The notes under the pieces: generated by a model
Database searches by the model: none
What the model saw: only the letters and a program-made list of their open reading frames with translations
Told to the model about the DNA's origin: nothing
Position numbers and translations under genes: made by a program
Shown here: positions 42,374-52,155 of the stretch, piece after piece
Layout of the letters: the number at the start of each line of letters is the position of its first letter
How positions within the stretch are numbered: position 1 is the stretch's first letter
DNA from: a virus
Virus record (IMG/VR): IMGVR_UViG_3300025600_000001
Location: 1 to 64,000 of that record
Direction: 5' to 3' (one strand)
DNA length: 64,000 bases

Positions 42374-43432
42374 ATGAGTTTTGAACAATTATCAAAAGAA
42401 GTTGAGAATGGTATGAAGGGACTCAACAATGGAATACCTATGGGATTTGATAGACTAAATAGATATATAGGAATTCGTAAAAGAATTCTTACTATGGTGT
42501 TTGGAGCTAGTGGATCTGGAAAATCTGCATATGTACATTCAGCATATATATTAAATCCTGCTGAGTGGTATATAAAAACTCGACCTAAAGATGTTAAGTT
42601 TAAAGTGATATTATTTTCTATGGAAAGAAGTAAAATATATACACTTGCTAAATGGATGAGTAGAAAGATATTTGTTGATCAAGGTATTTTAATACCTATT
42701 CCAAAGTTACTAGGATGGTGGGATGTAAAACTCACAAAAGATGAACATGATTTATTTTTAGCTTATAAAGATTATTTGAACGAACTTCTTGAAATAGTAG
42801 ATATTATAGAAGGAGCTCAAAATCCAACAGCAATTTATAAATATGTAAGGAGATATGCAGAAGATAATGGTAGATTTGAGCAAGTAGATGAATATACTAA
42901 AGTATACATACCAAATCATCCTAATGAAATAGTTATTCCTATAGAAGATCATTTAGGAATCACAAAACTTGAGAAAGGGCAATCTAATAAAAAAGAAGCT
43001 ATTGATAAAGTTTCAGAATATAATCAATGGTTTAGAGACATGTTAGGATATTCTCCTGTTACCGTTAGTCAACTTACAAGAGGTTTAAATAATCCAGCAT
43101 TTCGAAAAATGGATTCGTTTGAACCAACTATAGATGATATCAAGGAGAGTGGAAGACCTGGAGAAGATAGTGATGTAATTACTAGTCTTTTTGATCCAAT
43201 TAGGTATCAGACAAATGATCCTAGTTATAAAGTAGAAAACTTTATAGATGAGACTACAGGAGGAAAATTCTTTAGAAGTATCAAACTTCTTAAAAGTACA
43301 TATTCAGAAGACGATATTCGTATTGGTATGGGATTTCACGGAGCTACTGGAATTTTTAAAGAATTACCTAAAGGTAGAAACATGGATGGATTTGACTATA
43401 GTTCATTATTTAATGGTAGTTATTTTGTTTGA
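42374..43432 (+). CDS. DnaB-like replicative helicase
   Basis: Walker A GASGSGKS, FSME, IEDH, VSQLTR and IKESG motifs. Confidence 0.85.
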   Translation: MSFEQLSKEVENGMKGLNNGIPMGFDRLNRYIGIRKRILTMVFGASGSGKSAYVHSAYILNPAEWYIKTRPKDVKFKVILFSMERSKIYTLAKWMSRKIFVDQGILIPIPKLLGWWDVKLTKDEHDLFLAYKDYLNELLEIVDIIEGAQNPTAIYKYVRRYAEDNGRFEQVDEYTKVYIPNHPNEIVIPIEDHLGITKLEKGQSNKKEAIDKVSEYNQWFRDMLGYSPVTVSQLTRGLNNPAFRKMDSFEPTIDDIKESGRPGEDSDVITSLFDPIRYQTNDPSYKVENFIDETTGGKFFRSIKLLKSTYSEDDIRIGMGFHGATGIFKELPKGRNMDGFDYSSLFNGSYFV

Positions 43433-43455
43433 CAAAACACTAAAAATTTATAAAA

Positions 43456-43841
43456 ATGAAAAAATTAAAAGGAAAAACATTAGATGAACTTCTAGAAGAT
43501 ATTCAAGTACTAGAAATAGATGAAGAAGTATGTAGAATAAATTATACTCCTGGACTAATTGGATGGTATGGCGTAATAAATGATCATTGTATTATTGCTT
43601 ATTTTAGAAAAGAAAAGAATGCTCTTAGATTTAGATTAGATTACATTAATCAAATATTAAATAGTATATGAAAAGATATGTATTTGCTATAACGATTACA
43701 GGATTTGGAGAAACTCCTGATGAAGCATGGAAAGATGCTGTTGAAGCTACTAATCTTGAAGATGATCCTATACCTGAAGAGGATATATACGATGAGTATG
43801 AAATGGATGATGATGAAGAAGTAGAGGACTATAGGAATTAG
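43456..43841 (+). other. Two small ORFs (43456-43671 and acidic 43668-43841)
   Basis: ATGA-coupled short ORFs. Confidence 0.5.
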
Positions 43842-43920
43842 AGATCAACGACAATCTGAATTTGCAGATATGTGGATTCAAAGTGGAATGTTTGGTATAT
43901 TAAATCTATGTCCTAGTTGA
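43831..43920 (+). pseudogene. Orphaned 5' stub of the SF2 helicase gene
   Basis: IGIRDQRQSEFADMWIQSGMFGILNLCPS* aligns with MEDIRTRRQREFANLWLESNMMNIMNLCPR of 44763..45845. Confidence 0.85.
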
Positions 43921-43951
43921 TAATTAAATTGTAATTTTGTATATTTGTACT

Positions 43952-44776
43952 ATGGAAATAAATAAAAATTTAATTAGAGTTTCTGGTATCTATAAGATAG
44001 AGAATATAGAAACAAAAGAATGTTATATAGGGAGTACCTTAAATATTTACAATAGAGCACATTCCTATAAATGCTTAGGAAAACAAAATAAAATTCATAG
44101 TACAAATTTACAAAAAGCAATAAATAACTATGGAATAGATATTTTTACTTTAGAAGTTTTAGAAAAAGTATATTTTGAAGAAGGTGTTTTAAAAAGTGAA
44201 AAATTGAAAATTCTTCACGATAAAGAACAAATATATTCCGATAATACTAATCTAAAATATAATAAAAGAAAAAATATTAATAAAAATACTGGAATAACTC
44301 TATCAAAAGAAACCAAAGAAAAAGTATCTACAACTCTTAAACGAATTTTTAAAGATGGTACAAGAATAATAGGAAGAATTTATTCTCATAATATAAAAGT
44401 ATCTATGTTTACAATTACTGGAACTTTTATTAAAGATTTTCCTGGATTAGCCCATTGTGCAGAATATTTAAATGTATCACCCTCATCAATCAATTATGCG
44501 TTAAAAAGCAAAAGACATGTTATAAAAAATCATATTATATTGAAACTTCAAGATAAAGATGAAATTAAAAATTTTATAAATATTCCATTAAATAAAAATA
44601 CTAATGGAAAAGCTATAAAAATTCTAGATACATTAGACGATAGTATACTGGAATTTATAAATTGTAAAACTTGTGCAAATATTATAAAATGTAAAGTTGA
44701 TACAATAGTTATTGGTTATAAAAAAAATAGATTAATTAAAAAAAGATATAAAGTAATAACCTATGGAAGATATTAG
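43952..44776 (+). CDS. GIY-YIG homing endonuclease (likely start ATG 43952)
   Basis: SGIYKIENIETKECYIGS motif; own promoter TATATTTG at 43940-43947. Confidence 0.85.
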   Translation: MEINKNLIRVSGIYKIENIETKECYIGSTLNIYNRAHSYKCLGKQNKIHSTNLQKAINNYGIDIFTLEVLEKVYFEEGVLKSEKLKILHDKEQIYSDNTNLKYNKRKNINKNTGITLSKETKEKVSTTLKRIFKDGTRIIGRIYSHNIKVSMFTITGTFIKDFPGLAHCAEYLNVSPSSINYALKSKRHVIKNHIILKLQDKDEIKNFINIPLNKNTNGKAIKILDTLDDSILEFINCKTCANIIKCKVDTIVIGYKKNRLIKKRYKVITYGRY

Positions 44777-45845
44777 AACGAGAAGACAACGTGAGTTTGC
44801 TAATTTATGGTTAGAGTCTAATATGATGAATATCATGAATTTGTGTCCCAGATTTGGAAAAATTAGAGTTGCTATAAATATCCTTGAACAGTTAAATCCT
44901 CATTGTACAGTATTAATTACTTATCCTGACAATAAAATAAGACATTCTTGGGAAGAGGATTTTGTAAAAAGAGGATATAATAATCCTAATATAACATTTA
45001 CTACACATCTTTCTCTCAAGAAATATGTAGATAAGATATTTGATATTATCATAATAGATGAAATACATCTAATTTCCACTGCACAAATGGAAATCTGCAA
45101 AGAACTTTTTAAAGAAAATCATGTAATGTTGGGTCTTACAGGTACATTAGCATCAGATACTAAAAATTGGTTACTATCTGCTTTGCATTTACCAGTAGTA
45201 GCAAATTACTCTATCAGTCAAGCTATATCTGAAGGAGTAATATCAGACTATGATATTACAGTTATTAAAGTTCCTTTGGATACAACAACTCTACAGGTTT
45301 ATAAGAAGCAACGTAAAACTGAGAAACAACAATTTGATATGCTCTCTTACGTTATTAATAAACAACAACAAGAAGGAAGAGATACAATGTTTATGCGTTT
45401 AGCTAGAATGAGAATTATTCAAAACAGTTTAAGTAAAATAAATAAAACTAAAGAAATACTAAAACAGTATGAAAATAATAGAATATTGGTCTTTTGTGGT
45501 ATTACAGCAGTTGCTGATAGTTTGGATATACCTTCTTTTCATAGTAAGTCAACCAATAAAATGACTTTTCAAAATTTTACAGAAGGCAATATTAAGCATT
45601 TGGCAGTTGTCAAAATTGGTGCTACAGGAATAACCTATAAACCTTTAAATCAGATAATTATAAATTATTTTGATAGTAATGCAGAAGATTTAGCACAAAA
45701 ATTGAACAGAGCTATGTCTTTTGAATACGATAATCCAGAGAAGAAGGCTCATATAACAATCATATGTTCAACAGAATCTGTCGAGCTTTTGTGGTTGAAG
45801 AAGGCTTTAGAATTTTTTAGTCCAGAAAAAATTAAATATCTATAA
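44763..45845 (+). CDS. Superfamily 2 helicase (DExH)
   Basis: CPRFGK (motif I), IIIDEIH (II), GLTGT (III). Confidence 0.85.
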   Translation: MEDIRTRRQREFANLWLESNMMNIMNLCPRFGKIRVAINILEQLNPHCTVLITYPDNKIRHSWEEDFVKRGYNNPNITFTTHLSLKKYVDKIFDIIIIDEIHLISTAQMEICKELFKENHVMLGLTGTLASDTKNWLLSALHLPVVANYSISQAISEGVISDYDITVIKVPLDTTTLQVYKKQRKTEKQQFDMLSYVINKQQQEGRDTMFMRLARMRIIQNSLSKINKTKEILKQYENNRILVFCGITAVADSLDIPSFHSKSTNKMTFQNFTEGNIKHLAVVKIGATGITYKPLNQIIINYFDSNAEDLAQKLNRAMSFEYDNPEKKAHITIICSTESVELLWLKKALEFFSPEKIKYL

Positions 45846-46047
45846 TATGAAACAAGAAATTGCTGATATTAAAAAAGTATTAGAAGAATTAAATATTTCA
45901 GTAGAAAAAATCAAATCTATTACTATTAAATGGGAAAAGATTTTTCCAAATAAAGCTTTTCCAAGAATAAAAATTAAACTATTTAATGATTCTAACGAAA
46001 AAAATGAGTAACTTTAAAACAGAAATAATAAAAAAAATTAGAAAATT

Positions 46048-46878
46048 ATGGAGAAAGAAGATGTAATATTACCAGATGAAATTAGTAAAGTAGTTATATC
46101 AGCACCAAGAGATCTTGCTATAATTGGAATTCCTAAAAGTGGAAAAGGAACTATATTAGGAAATTTTACATTAACTCATAATGCTCTTGTACTAGATCTT
46201 GAAAAAGGAGGATATGAATATATTCCTGCTAGAAAAATGTCTACTTATACAGGACAGGAAACAAGTCAATGGGAAAGTTTTCAAAACTTTATTAAATATC
46301 GTAATCTTTTATTGGAAAATAAAGGAAAATATGAATATCTAATTATAGATGGATTATCCGATCTTGATAGTTTATCCGACCTCGGTGGAACTCTGTCTTA
46401 TATGAATGGAATTATAGGTAAGAATTTTAATAGACCTAAATTAGCAAATGGATTATATGGTGAAAAATATAAACCGACTGATCCAGAGTTTAAATCAGTA
46501 TTAACATTACCTGATGGGGCTGGTTATATGAGTACTCGAAATTGGTTTCTTCAACAAATTGAAATGTTTAGACAAATAGCACCATATAGAATTTATGCTG
46601 CTCATATTGCTGATAAATATATTAAAGATAATGGAAAAGAAGAAGTGATAGGTAGTGAAATTTCTCTTACTGGAAAATTAAAAACAATTTTTGCAAGTAG
46701 AGTGACTGCTTTAGCAAAATTGGTAGTAGATGAGAATGAACGTTATCTTAATTTTGATGTTCAAAATGATAGTATTGTTGCAGGAAGTAGATCTCCTAAA
46801 TTGAAAGGAAAGATACTAATTTCAAGACAAGAATCAGATGGAACTATAATAACCTTTTGGGATAATATTTATGGATAA
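46048..46878 (+). CDS. AAA_24 / Sak4-like P-loop ATPase
   Basis: GIPKSGKGT, LDLEKG, LIIDG and AAH motifs; lies upstream of the SSB-like gene. Confidence 0.75.
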   Translation: MEKEDVILPDEISKVVISAPRDLAIIGIPKSGKGTILGNFTLTHNALVLDLEKGGYEYIPARKMSTYTGQETSQWESFQNFIKYRNLLLENKGKYEYLIIDGLSDLDSLSDLGGTLSYMNGIIGKNFNRPKLANGLYGEKYKPTDPEFKSVLTLPDGAGYMSTRNWFLQQIEMFRQIAPYRIYAAHIADKYIKDNGKEEVIGSEISLTGKLKTIFASRVTALAKLVVDENERYLNFDVQNDSIVAGSRSPKLKGKILISRQESDGTIITFWDNIYG

Positions 46879-47530
46879 CACTTTTTGTATATACGTATTT
46901 TCTGATCAATGGGGTGTACCAAAATATGTTGGTAAAGCTAAAGATTTTGCAAAAAGAATGGATGAGCATCTAAATAGAGATAGATTTAGATATAGTTCTA
47001 CTTGGTTCTATAGATGGTTAAATAAACAAATTGCAAACGATATAGAATTCTTTATGGATATATTAGAGGAAGTTACTCAGGAAACTTGGATAGAAAGGGA
47101 AATCTATTGGATAAAACATATTAAAGATAATGGATACAGATTAACAAATATGACTAATGGTGGGGATGGCAACAATAATCAAATCCATACTAAAGAGAGT
47201 AGATTAAAAAGATCCAAAAGAATGATGGGACACGAGGTCTCTGAAGAAACAAGAAAACGTATATCAAAAGGTCTCACTGGTAAAGTGATATCTAAAGAAA
47301 CTAGAAAGAAGTTATCTAATCTTAATAAAGGAAAAATATGTTTAGAATCTACTAAACTAAAATTTTCAAAAGTAATAGATCAATATGATTTAGCTAAGAA
47401 TTTTATTCAAAGTTTTACTTCTCTAACTAATGCTGCAATCTTTTTAAATTGTAGAAAATCATCTTTGAGTAATGCTATGAAAAGAAAAATTAATGGTAGA
47501 TTTAAAAACTATTTATGGAAATATAAATAA
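46871..47530 (+). CDS. GIY-YIG homing endonuclease with NUMOD3/NUMOD1-like domains
   Basis: CIYVF...KYVGKA; REIYWI..LTNMTNGGDG; SEETRKRIS repeats; IDQYDL...WKYK. Confidence 0.85.
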   Translation: MDNTFCIYVFSDQWGVPKYVGKAKDFAKRMDEHLNRDRFRYSSTWFYRWLNKQIANDIEFFMDILEEVTQETWIEREIYWIKHIKDNGYRLTNMTNGGDGNNNQIHTKESRLKRSKRMMGHEVSEETRKRISKGLTGKVISKETRKKLSNLNKGKICLESTKLKFSKVIDQYDLAKNFIQSFTSLTNAAIFLNCRKSSLSNAMKRKINGRFKNYLWKYK

Positions 47531-47568
47531 AACAAGTAATTAATTAAAACAAGTAAAAATTAAAAGCT

Positions 47569-48450
47569 ATGGCAATTGGTGGAGAAAAACGTGAGCATAC
47601 TAGCTTACCAGATTATGTAAAACGCATAGGTCTTTTCGAGGCTAAAGTAATTGCAGTTAATCCTGCAGCAGATGAGTATAAAACTTTACTAGGATATGAT
47701 CTGAAAGAAGATAGTAAAGAATGTGATTATCTAAGTGTTAACGATGCTGGGAATACTATTCTTAGAATCAATATTTGGTTGGAAGATGTGAAAACATCTA
47801 ACAATGATCAACCAAGTAGATATAAGGTGACCTTTTTCCTGGAGAATAAGGAAAGAGAAAATAAGGATCTAACCAAGAAACAGTATATTAATGAACTTGG
47901 TAGTTGTACATGGGCAGACGATCCTAATAATCTTAAAGAATGGTTTACTGCTCGTGAATATCGTGTAGCATATAATGGAGAAGAAGATCTTTACAATTTT
48001 ATGCGTACATGGTTGTGTGAATTGGATTATAAACAAGATGTCACTGTTTTACAAATTCCGTGGAAATCTTTAATGAAAGGAAATGTAAAAGAAATTAAAG
48101 AACAAATTAATGGTGAATGGTGTGGTAATATTGGCGCATTGGCTACAATTAACACTAAAGAGAAAGATGGAGACATTAAAGAGTACCAATCCGTCTATAA
48201 TAAGGCATTTCTGCCTATATATGCCCTTAAAAACTTTAGATTGATAGATTATAGCAATCCGAAGATAATCGAGGCTATAAAGGCTAAAAAGCCTAAAGAT
48301 CAGAAAGCTCATGAAAAATTTGTTTTAAATGTAACAGGGGAGTTTGGGTGTCGCGATAGTTACCTCCTTAAAGATATTAAAGATTATAACAGCGAAGAAT
48401 TCCTAGTGGCAAGTAATAAGGTGATATCAGAGGAAGGAGACGACTATTAA
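47569..48450 (+). CDS. Putative single-stranded DNA-binding protein (crAss-like)
   Basis: KVIAVNP motif, acidic C-terminal tail (EEGDDY), position after the ATPase. Confidence 0.6.
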   Translation: MAIGGEKREHTSLPDYVKRIGLFEAKVIAVNPAADEYKTLLGYDLKEDSKECDYLSVNDAGNTILRINIWLEDVKTSNNDQPSRYKVTFFLENKERENKDLTKKQYINELGSCTWADDPNNLKEWFTAREYRVAYNGEEDLYNFMRTWLCELDYKQDVTVLQIPWKSLMKGNVKEIKEQINGEWCGNIGALATINTKEKDGDIKEYQSVYNKAFLPIYALKNFRLIDYSNPKIIEAIKAKKPKDQKAHEKFVLNVTGEFGCRDSYLLKDIKDYNSEEFLVASNKVISEEGDDY

Positions 48451-48471
48451 ATATTATGATTAATAGTTAAA

Positions 48472-48514
48472 GTTAAGGTGAATAGATTAATTCTTTTCAC
48501 CTTAATTTTTTTTT
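48472..48514 (+). terminator. Intrinsic terminator
   Basis: ttaaggtgaa...ttcaccttaa followed by T9. Confidence 0.75.
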
Positions 48515-48568
48515 CAAAATATAATACTTATTGTAGTATTATTCGTATCTTTATAGAAAATGTAAAAT

Positions 48569-49387
48569 ATGTATAACAAGAATAGAAAAGAGCAAGTTAA
48601 AAATCTTTGGGATACTGGATTAGGAGCTACAGAAATATCTAAATTTTTAAATATTTCAATAAGTAATGTTTCAACTTATTTAACACAATCCTTAGGATCA
48701 GGTAGAAAAGGAAGATTTATTTATAAAAGAAGAATATTTACGCTAAATGAATCTTTTTTTGAAAATATAGATACAGAAGCAAAAGCTTATTTTTTAGGAC
48801 TACTTGCTGCAGATGGTAATTTAAGTAGTTCTCAGAATTCAGTTAGAATAGGATTGCATGAAAAAGATAAAGAAATATTAGAGTGTTTTCGAGAAAATCT
48901 AAATTATACAAAACCTCTAAAATTTGTTAAAAAAGTTAAAGAACCTGGATGGAATAGAAGTGATCAGTATTTATTAGAAATAAGCTCAACTATTTTTAGG
49001 AAAAGTTTAGAGAAACATGGATTAACACCAAACAAATCTCTCACATTAGTTTTCCCAACAACTATTCCTTTAGAGTATCAACATGATTATATTAGAGGAT
49101 ATTTTGATGGTAATGGTTGTATTCATATAGACAAACGAGATCACGGTAGTATAATTATTGCTAGTAGTGAGATGTTTTCTAAAAGTCTTATTGAAGTATT
49201 ACAAACTTTTGGTATTAGATCAAGTACATCTAAACACTATAAAGCTAATTGTTTTTATACTCGTTCATTTGGATATGATAATGTAGAGAATTTTTATAAT
49301 TTCATGTATAAAGATTCTACTATTTTTCTTGATAGAAAAAAACAAATATTTGAAAATTGGATAAATAAAAGAAATAAGAAATTATGA
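48569..49387 (+). CDS. LAGLIDADG homing endonuclease
   Basis: YFLGLLAADG and YIRGYFDGNG motifs; promoter-like TATCTTTA at 48546. Confidence 0.85.
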   Translation: MYNKNRKEQVKNLWDTGLGATEISKFLNISISNVSTYLTQSLGSGRKGRFIYKRRIFTLNESFFENIDTEAKAYFLGLLAADGNLSSSQNSVRIGLHEKDKEILECFRENLNYTKPLKFVKKVKEPGWNRSDQYLLEISSTIFRKSLEKHGLTPNKSLTLVFPTTIPLEYQHDYIRGYFDGNGCIHIDKRDHGSIIIASSEMFSKSLIEVLQTFGIRSSTSKHYKANCFYTRSFGYDNVENFYNFMYKDSTIFLDRKKQIFENWINKRNKKL

Positions 49388-49800
49388 AATATTCAAAACT
49401 AATATTAACTACAGAATCTATAGAAAGTGTTATTGAGAAAATTAAACTAAATACACTATCCGCTTATCAATGGTTTCCTGTTAGAGGAAAAAATAAATGT
49501 TTCTATGAATTAGGAGGAAGGAATTATGAAAATACTCTTGAAATAAAAGCATATATTCCTAGTAGAGAAGATGATAAATATGTAGTTCATGCAAATGGGA
49601 TGATTAAATGTGAGTATTCTTTAACAGATTGGGGAGAAATAGAATTTCCTACTTTTTGTATAAAGTTTCCAAAAATTAAAAATATAGAAAGTATGATAAA
49701 TTTTCTAAAAACTACAGATTTTAAAAGTTATTACCCAAAAATAGAAGAAGAAAGAAGAAGATCACAAGAATATGAAACTATTTATATATGTAAATCATGA
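49384..49800 (+). CDS. Hypothetical protein
   Basis: ATGA-coupled to both neighbours. Confidence 0.6.
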   Translation: MKYSKLILTTESIESVIEKIKLNTLSAYQWFPVRGKNKCFYELGGRNYENTLEIKAYIPSREDDKYVVHANGMIKCEYSLTDWGEIEFPTFCIKFPKIKNIESMINFLKTTDFKSYYPKIEEERRRSQEYETIYICKS

Positions 49801-50183
49801 TACAAATTCCCATATCGACAGGTGAGTTACTTGATAAAGTAAGTATTCTTACAATCAAGAGTTTTAAAATATTAGATAAAGAAAAAGTTAGAGTGATTAA
49901 AAAGGAATTACGTATTCTATCTCGTCTTTCTGAACCATTTATGCTAGAACCAGAAGTAGAAAGCTTATATACTGATTTACTTAGTGCAAATCTTTCTCTT
50001 TGGGAACTAGAAGATGATATTAGAATACGTGAAAAAAATCAGAATTTTGATGAAATATTCATCGAACTTGCTAGAGCAGTATATCAACAGAATGATTTGA
50101 GATCTGATATTAAAAACATGATTAATAAAATTACTGATTCAGATTTTCAAGAAATAAAACAGTATAGTGAGTATAGATCATGA
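49797..50183 (+). CDS. DUF6165-like protein
   Basis: PISTGELLDKVSILTIK...LWELEDDIR...ARAVYQQNDLR..IK..IN. Confidence 0.7.
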   Translation: MIQIPISTGELLDKVSILTIKSFKILDKEKVRVIKKELRILSRLSEPFMLEPEVESLYTDLLSANLSLWELEDDIRIREKNQNFDEIFIELARAVYQQNDLRSDIKNMINKITDSDFQEIKQYSEYRS

Positions 50184-51187
50184 TAACAGGAACTAGAAAA
50201 ATTGAACTTACACCAGAGTCAGTTCTTAAAAAGATTTCAAGTTATGATATTTTTCGTAGATATATGCCTGATACATTCTGGAAGATCAATCAAGCTACTA
50301 TTTCTCCATTTAGGAAAGAAACTAATCCCTCCTTTCTGATAGGAAATAGAGGAGGTACGCTCACCTTCATAGATTTTACTGACACAGCTAAACGTGGTGA
50401 TTGTTTTACATTCATGAAACAATTATTTATGCTTACCATGGACGAAGCATTAACTAAGATTGATCAGGATTTTGGACTTGGAATTTCTCACAAAGGAACT
50501 AATATTGGTGAATACAAAAAAATAGTAGCAGAATATAAACAACCTGAGGAATTAGGTAAACGTTATGCACTTATTCAAGTAATCACTAGAAAGTTTACTA
50601 AAGAGGAATTAGACTATTGGGCCCAGTATTATCAAAACATTGATGATCTGAGAGATAATCACATTCATTCTATAAAATCTCTATTTCTAAATAAGAGTAG
50701 ATTTGCTTTAAAGGATGATGAACTTCGTTTTGGTTATCTTTATAATGGTCATTGGAAGATTTATAGGCCATATATAGAGAAAAGAACAAAATGGGTTCCA
50801 AATAATGTACCTATTACTGCTTTAGATGGTAAAGATGATATCCTAAATTGTAGAAGTACTGTAATGATTCAAAAATCTAAAAAAGATTATATGTTAATGA
50901 AAAAAGTATATCCTTATAATATTGCAGTACAAAATGAAGGACATGCTTGTTTCTCTGATGAGAATGTAGAATATATTAGAACTAATTCTACCAGACAGGT
51001 TTTATCATTTGATAGTGATGAACCTGGTGTAGCCAATTCACAACAGATTACTAAGATCTTTGGATTTGACTACTGTAATGTTCCTAGAATGTATCTACAG
51101 GAGAATATAAAAGATTGGGCAGACTTAGCAAAAGCTCATGGATTAGAAGTTATTAAAGAAATTTTAAAAACGAAAGAATTATTATAA
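50180..51187 (+). CDS. DNA primase (crAss-like, TOPRIM)
   Basis: SPFRKETNPSF N-terminus, KSKKD, FDSDEPG and KDWAD motifs. Confidence 0.8.
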   Translation: MITGTRKIELTPESVLKKISSYDIFRRYMPDTFWKINQATISPFRKETNPSFLIGNRGGTLTFIDFTDTAKRGDCFTFMKQLFMLTMDEALTKIDQDFGLGISHKGTNIGEYKKIVAEYKQPEELGKRYALIQVITRKFTKEELDYWAQYYQNIDDLRDNHIHSIKSLFLNKSRFALKDDELRFGYLYNGHWKIYRPYIEKRTKWVPNNVPITALDGKDDILNCRSTVMIQKSKKDYMLMKKVYPYNIAVQNEGHACFSDENVEYIRTNSTRQVLSFDSDEPGVANSQQITKIFGFDYCNVPRMYLQENIKDWADLAKAHGLEVIKEILKTKELL

Positions 51188-51588
51188 TGGAAATATGTAT
51201 TGATTTTGATGGAACTTGTGTAACACATGACTATCCAAATATAGGTAAAGATATAGGTGCAGTATCTGTATTAAGACAACTTATAGAGAAAGGTCATAGA
51301 TTAATCTTATTTACAATGAGAGGTGATAGAGTAAATGATGATCTTACTATGGGAACAACTTTAACTAATGCTATAAATTGGTTTAAAGAAAATGATATAC
51401 CTTTATATGGAATTAATCGTAATCCTGATCAACGTAGTTGGACTACAAGTCCTAAAGCCTATGCTCAATTATATATTGATGATGCTGCTTTAGGTTGTCC
51501 TTTAACATCTGATCTAGTAATATCAGATAGACCTTTTGTAGACTGGTACGAAGTTTTAAATTTATTAATAGATAAAGGAATATTATGA
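51187..51588 (+). CDS. HAD-like phosphatase (BT0820-like)
   Basis: IDFDGTCV, LILFTMR and KAYAQLYIDD motifs. Confidence 0.8.
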   Translation: MEICIDFDGTCVTHDYPNIGKDIGAVSVLRQLIEKGHRLILFTMRGDRVNDDLTMGTTLTNAINWFKENDIPLYGINRNPDQRSWTTSPKAYAQLYIDDAALGCPLTSDLVISDRPFVDWYEVLNLLIDKGIL

Positions 51589-52015
51589 GAAAATCAATCA
51601 CATTTTTAACTTTGGAAATAGAAGTAGAATTTGACTATCAACCAGAAGAAAAGGAAGTAAGAACTCTTTCAAATGGTGATCCTGGTTATCCAGGATATCC
51701 TGCTTCAGTAGAAATTAGTAATATTTATTTCAAAGGAGATGATATTACTTCTTTTTTTGAAGAATCAGGACTTATTTATAAATTAGAAGAACAAATATTA
51801 ACAGAAATTAAAAATTAAACAAAATGGAAACTGTAAAAAATCCAGTAGTAATTTCAAACAACGTATTTAAAGGTGTAGTATGGAACAAAAAATCCATTAA
51901 GGCAGTAAATAAAGTTGCACAAGCTTTATTGAATCTCACAGAGTTATTTAAAAGCCAAAACATCAAAATTGATTGTATGATAAAGGTTAATGATGAAAGT
52001 GAAAAACAAATTTAA
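51585..52015 (+). other. Two small hypothetical ORFs (51585-51818, 51824-52015)
   Basis: ORF track; co-oriented. Confidence 0.55.
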
Positions 52016-52028
52016 AAATTAAATTAAA

Positions 52029-52118
52029 ATGTCAGACATTAAGACGTACAAAGTATCACAAGCAGCAATGCTAGCAGTGCTGCCACCAGAATCCACAAGA
52101 ACGTATAATTCTTCATAA
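52029..52118 (+). pseudogene. Orphaned 5' stub of the DUF932-like gene
   Basis: MSDIKTYKVSQAAMLAVLPPESTRTYNSS* aligns with MKESYSVSKAMLISTPIPESTRTYKSFS of 53124..53999. Confidence 0.85.
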
Positions 52119-52155
52119 ATTTTGAAATGTCATAGGAATTAGTTACATTTGGAAT

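Noticed and set aside
43920-44762. Group I intron or intein explanation for the endonuclease insertions
   Set aside because: Only about 30-80 nt of non-coding sequence flank each endonuclease, no intron core or intein splice residues are visible, and each downstream gene has its own complete N-terminus.
47528-47556. TAAAACAAGTAA direct repeat after the 46871 endonuclease as a target-site duplication
   Set aside because: Both copies lie on the same side of the endonuclease gene, within the A-rich leader of the next gene.
49384-49480. ORF N-terminus (KLILTTESIESVIEKI) resembling the primase N-terminus (KIELTPESVLKKI), as a possible further replacement event
   Set aside because: The similarity is short and low-complexity, no stub lies upstream of the 48569 endonuclease, and the ORF continues as an unrelated protein.
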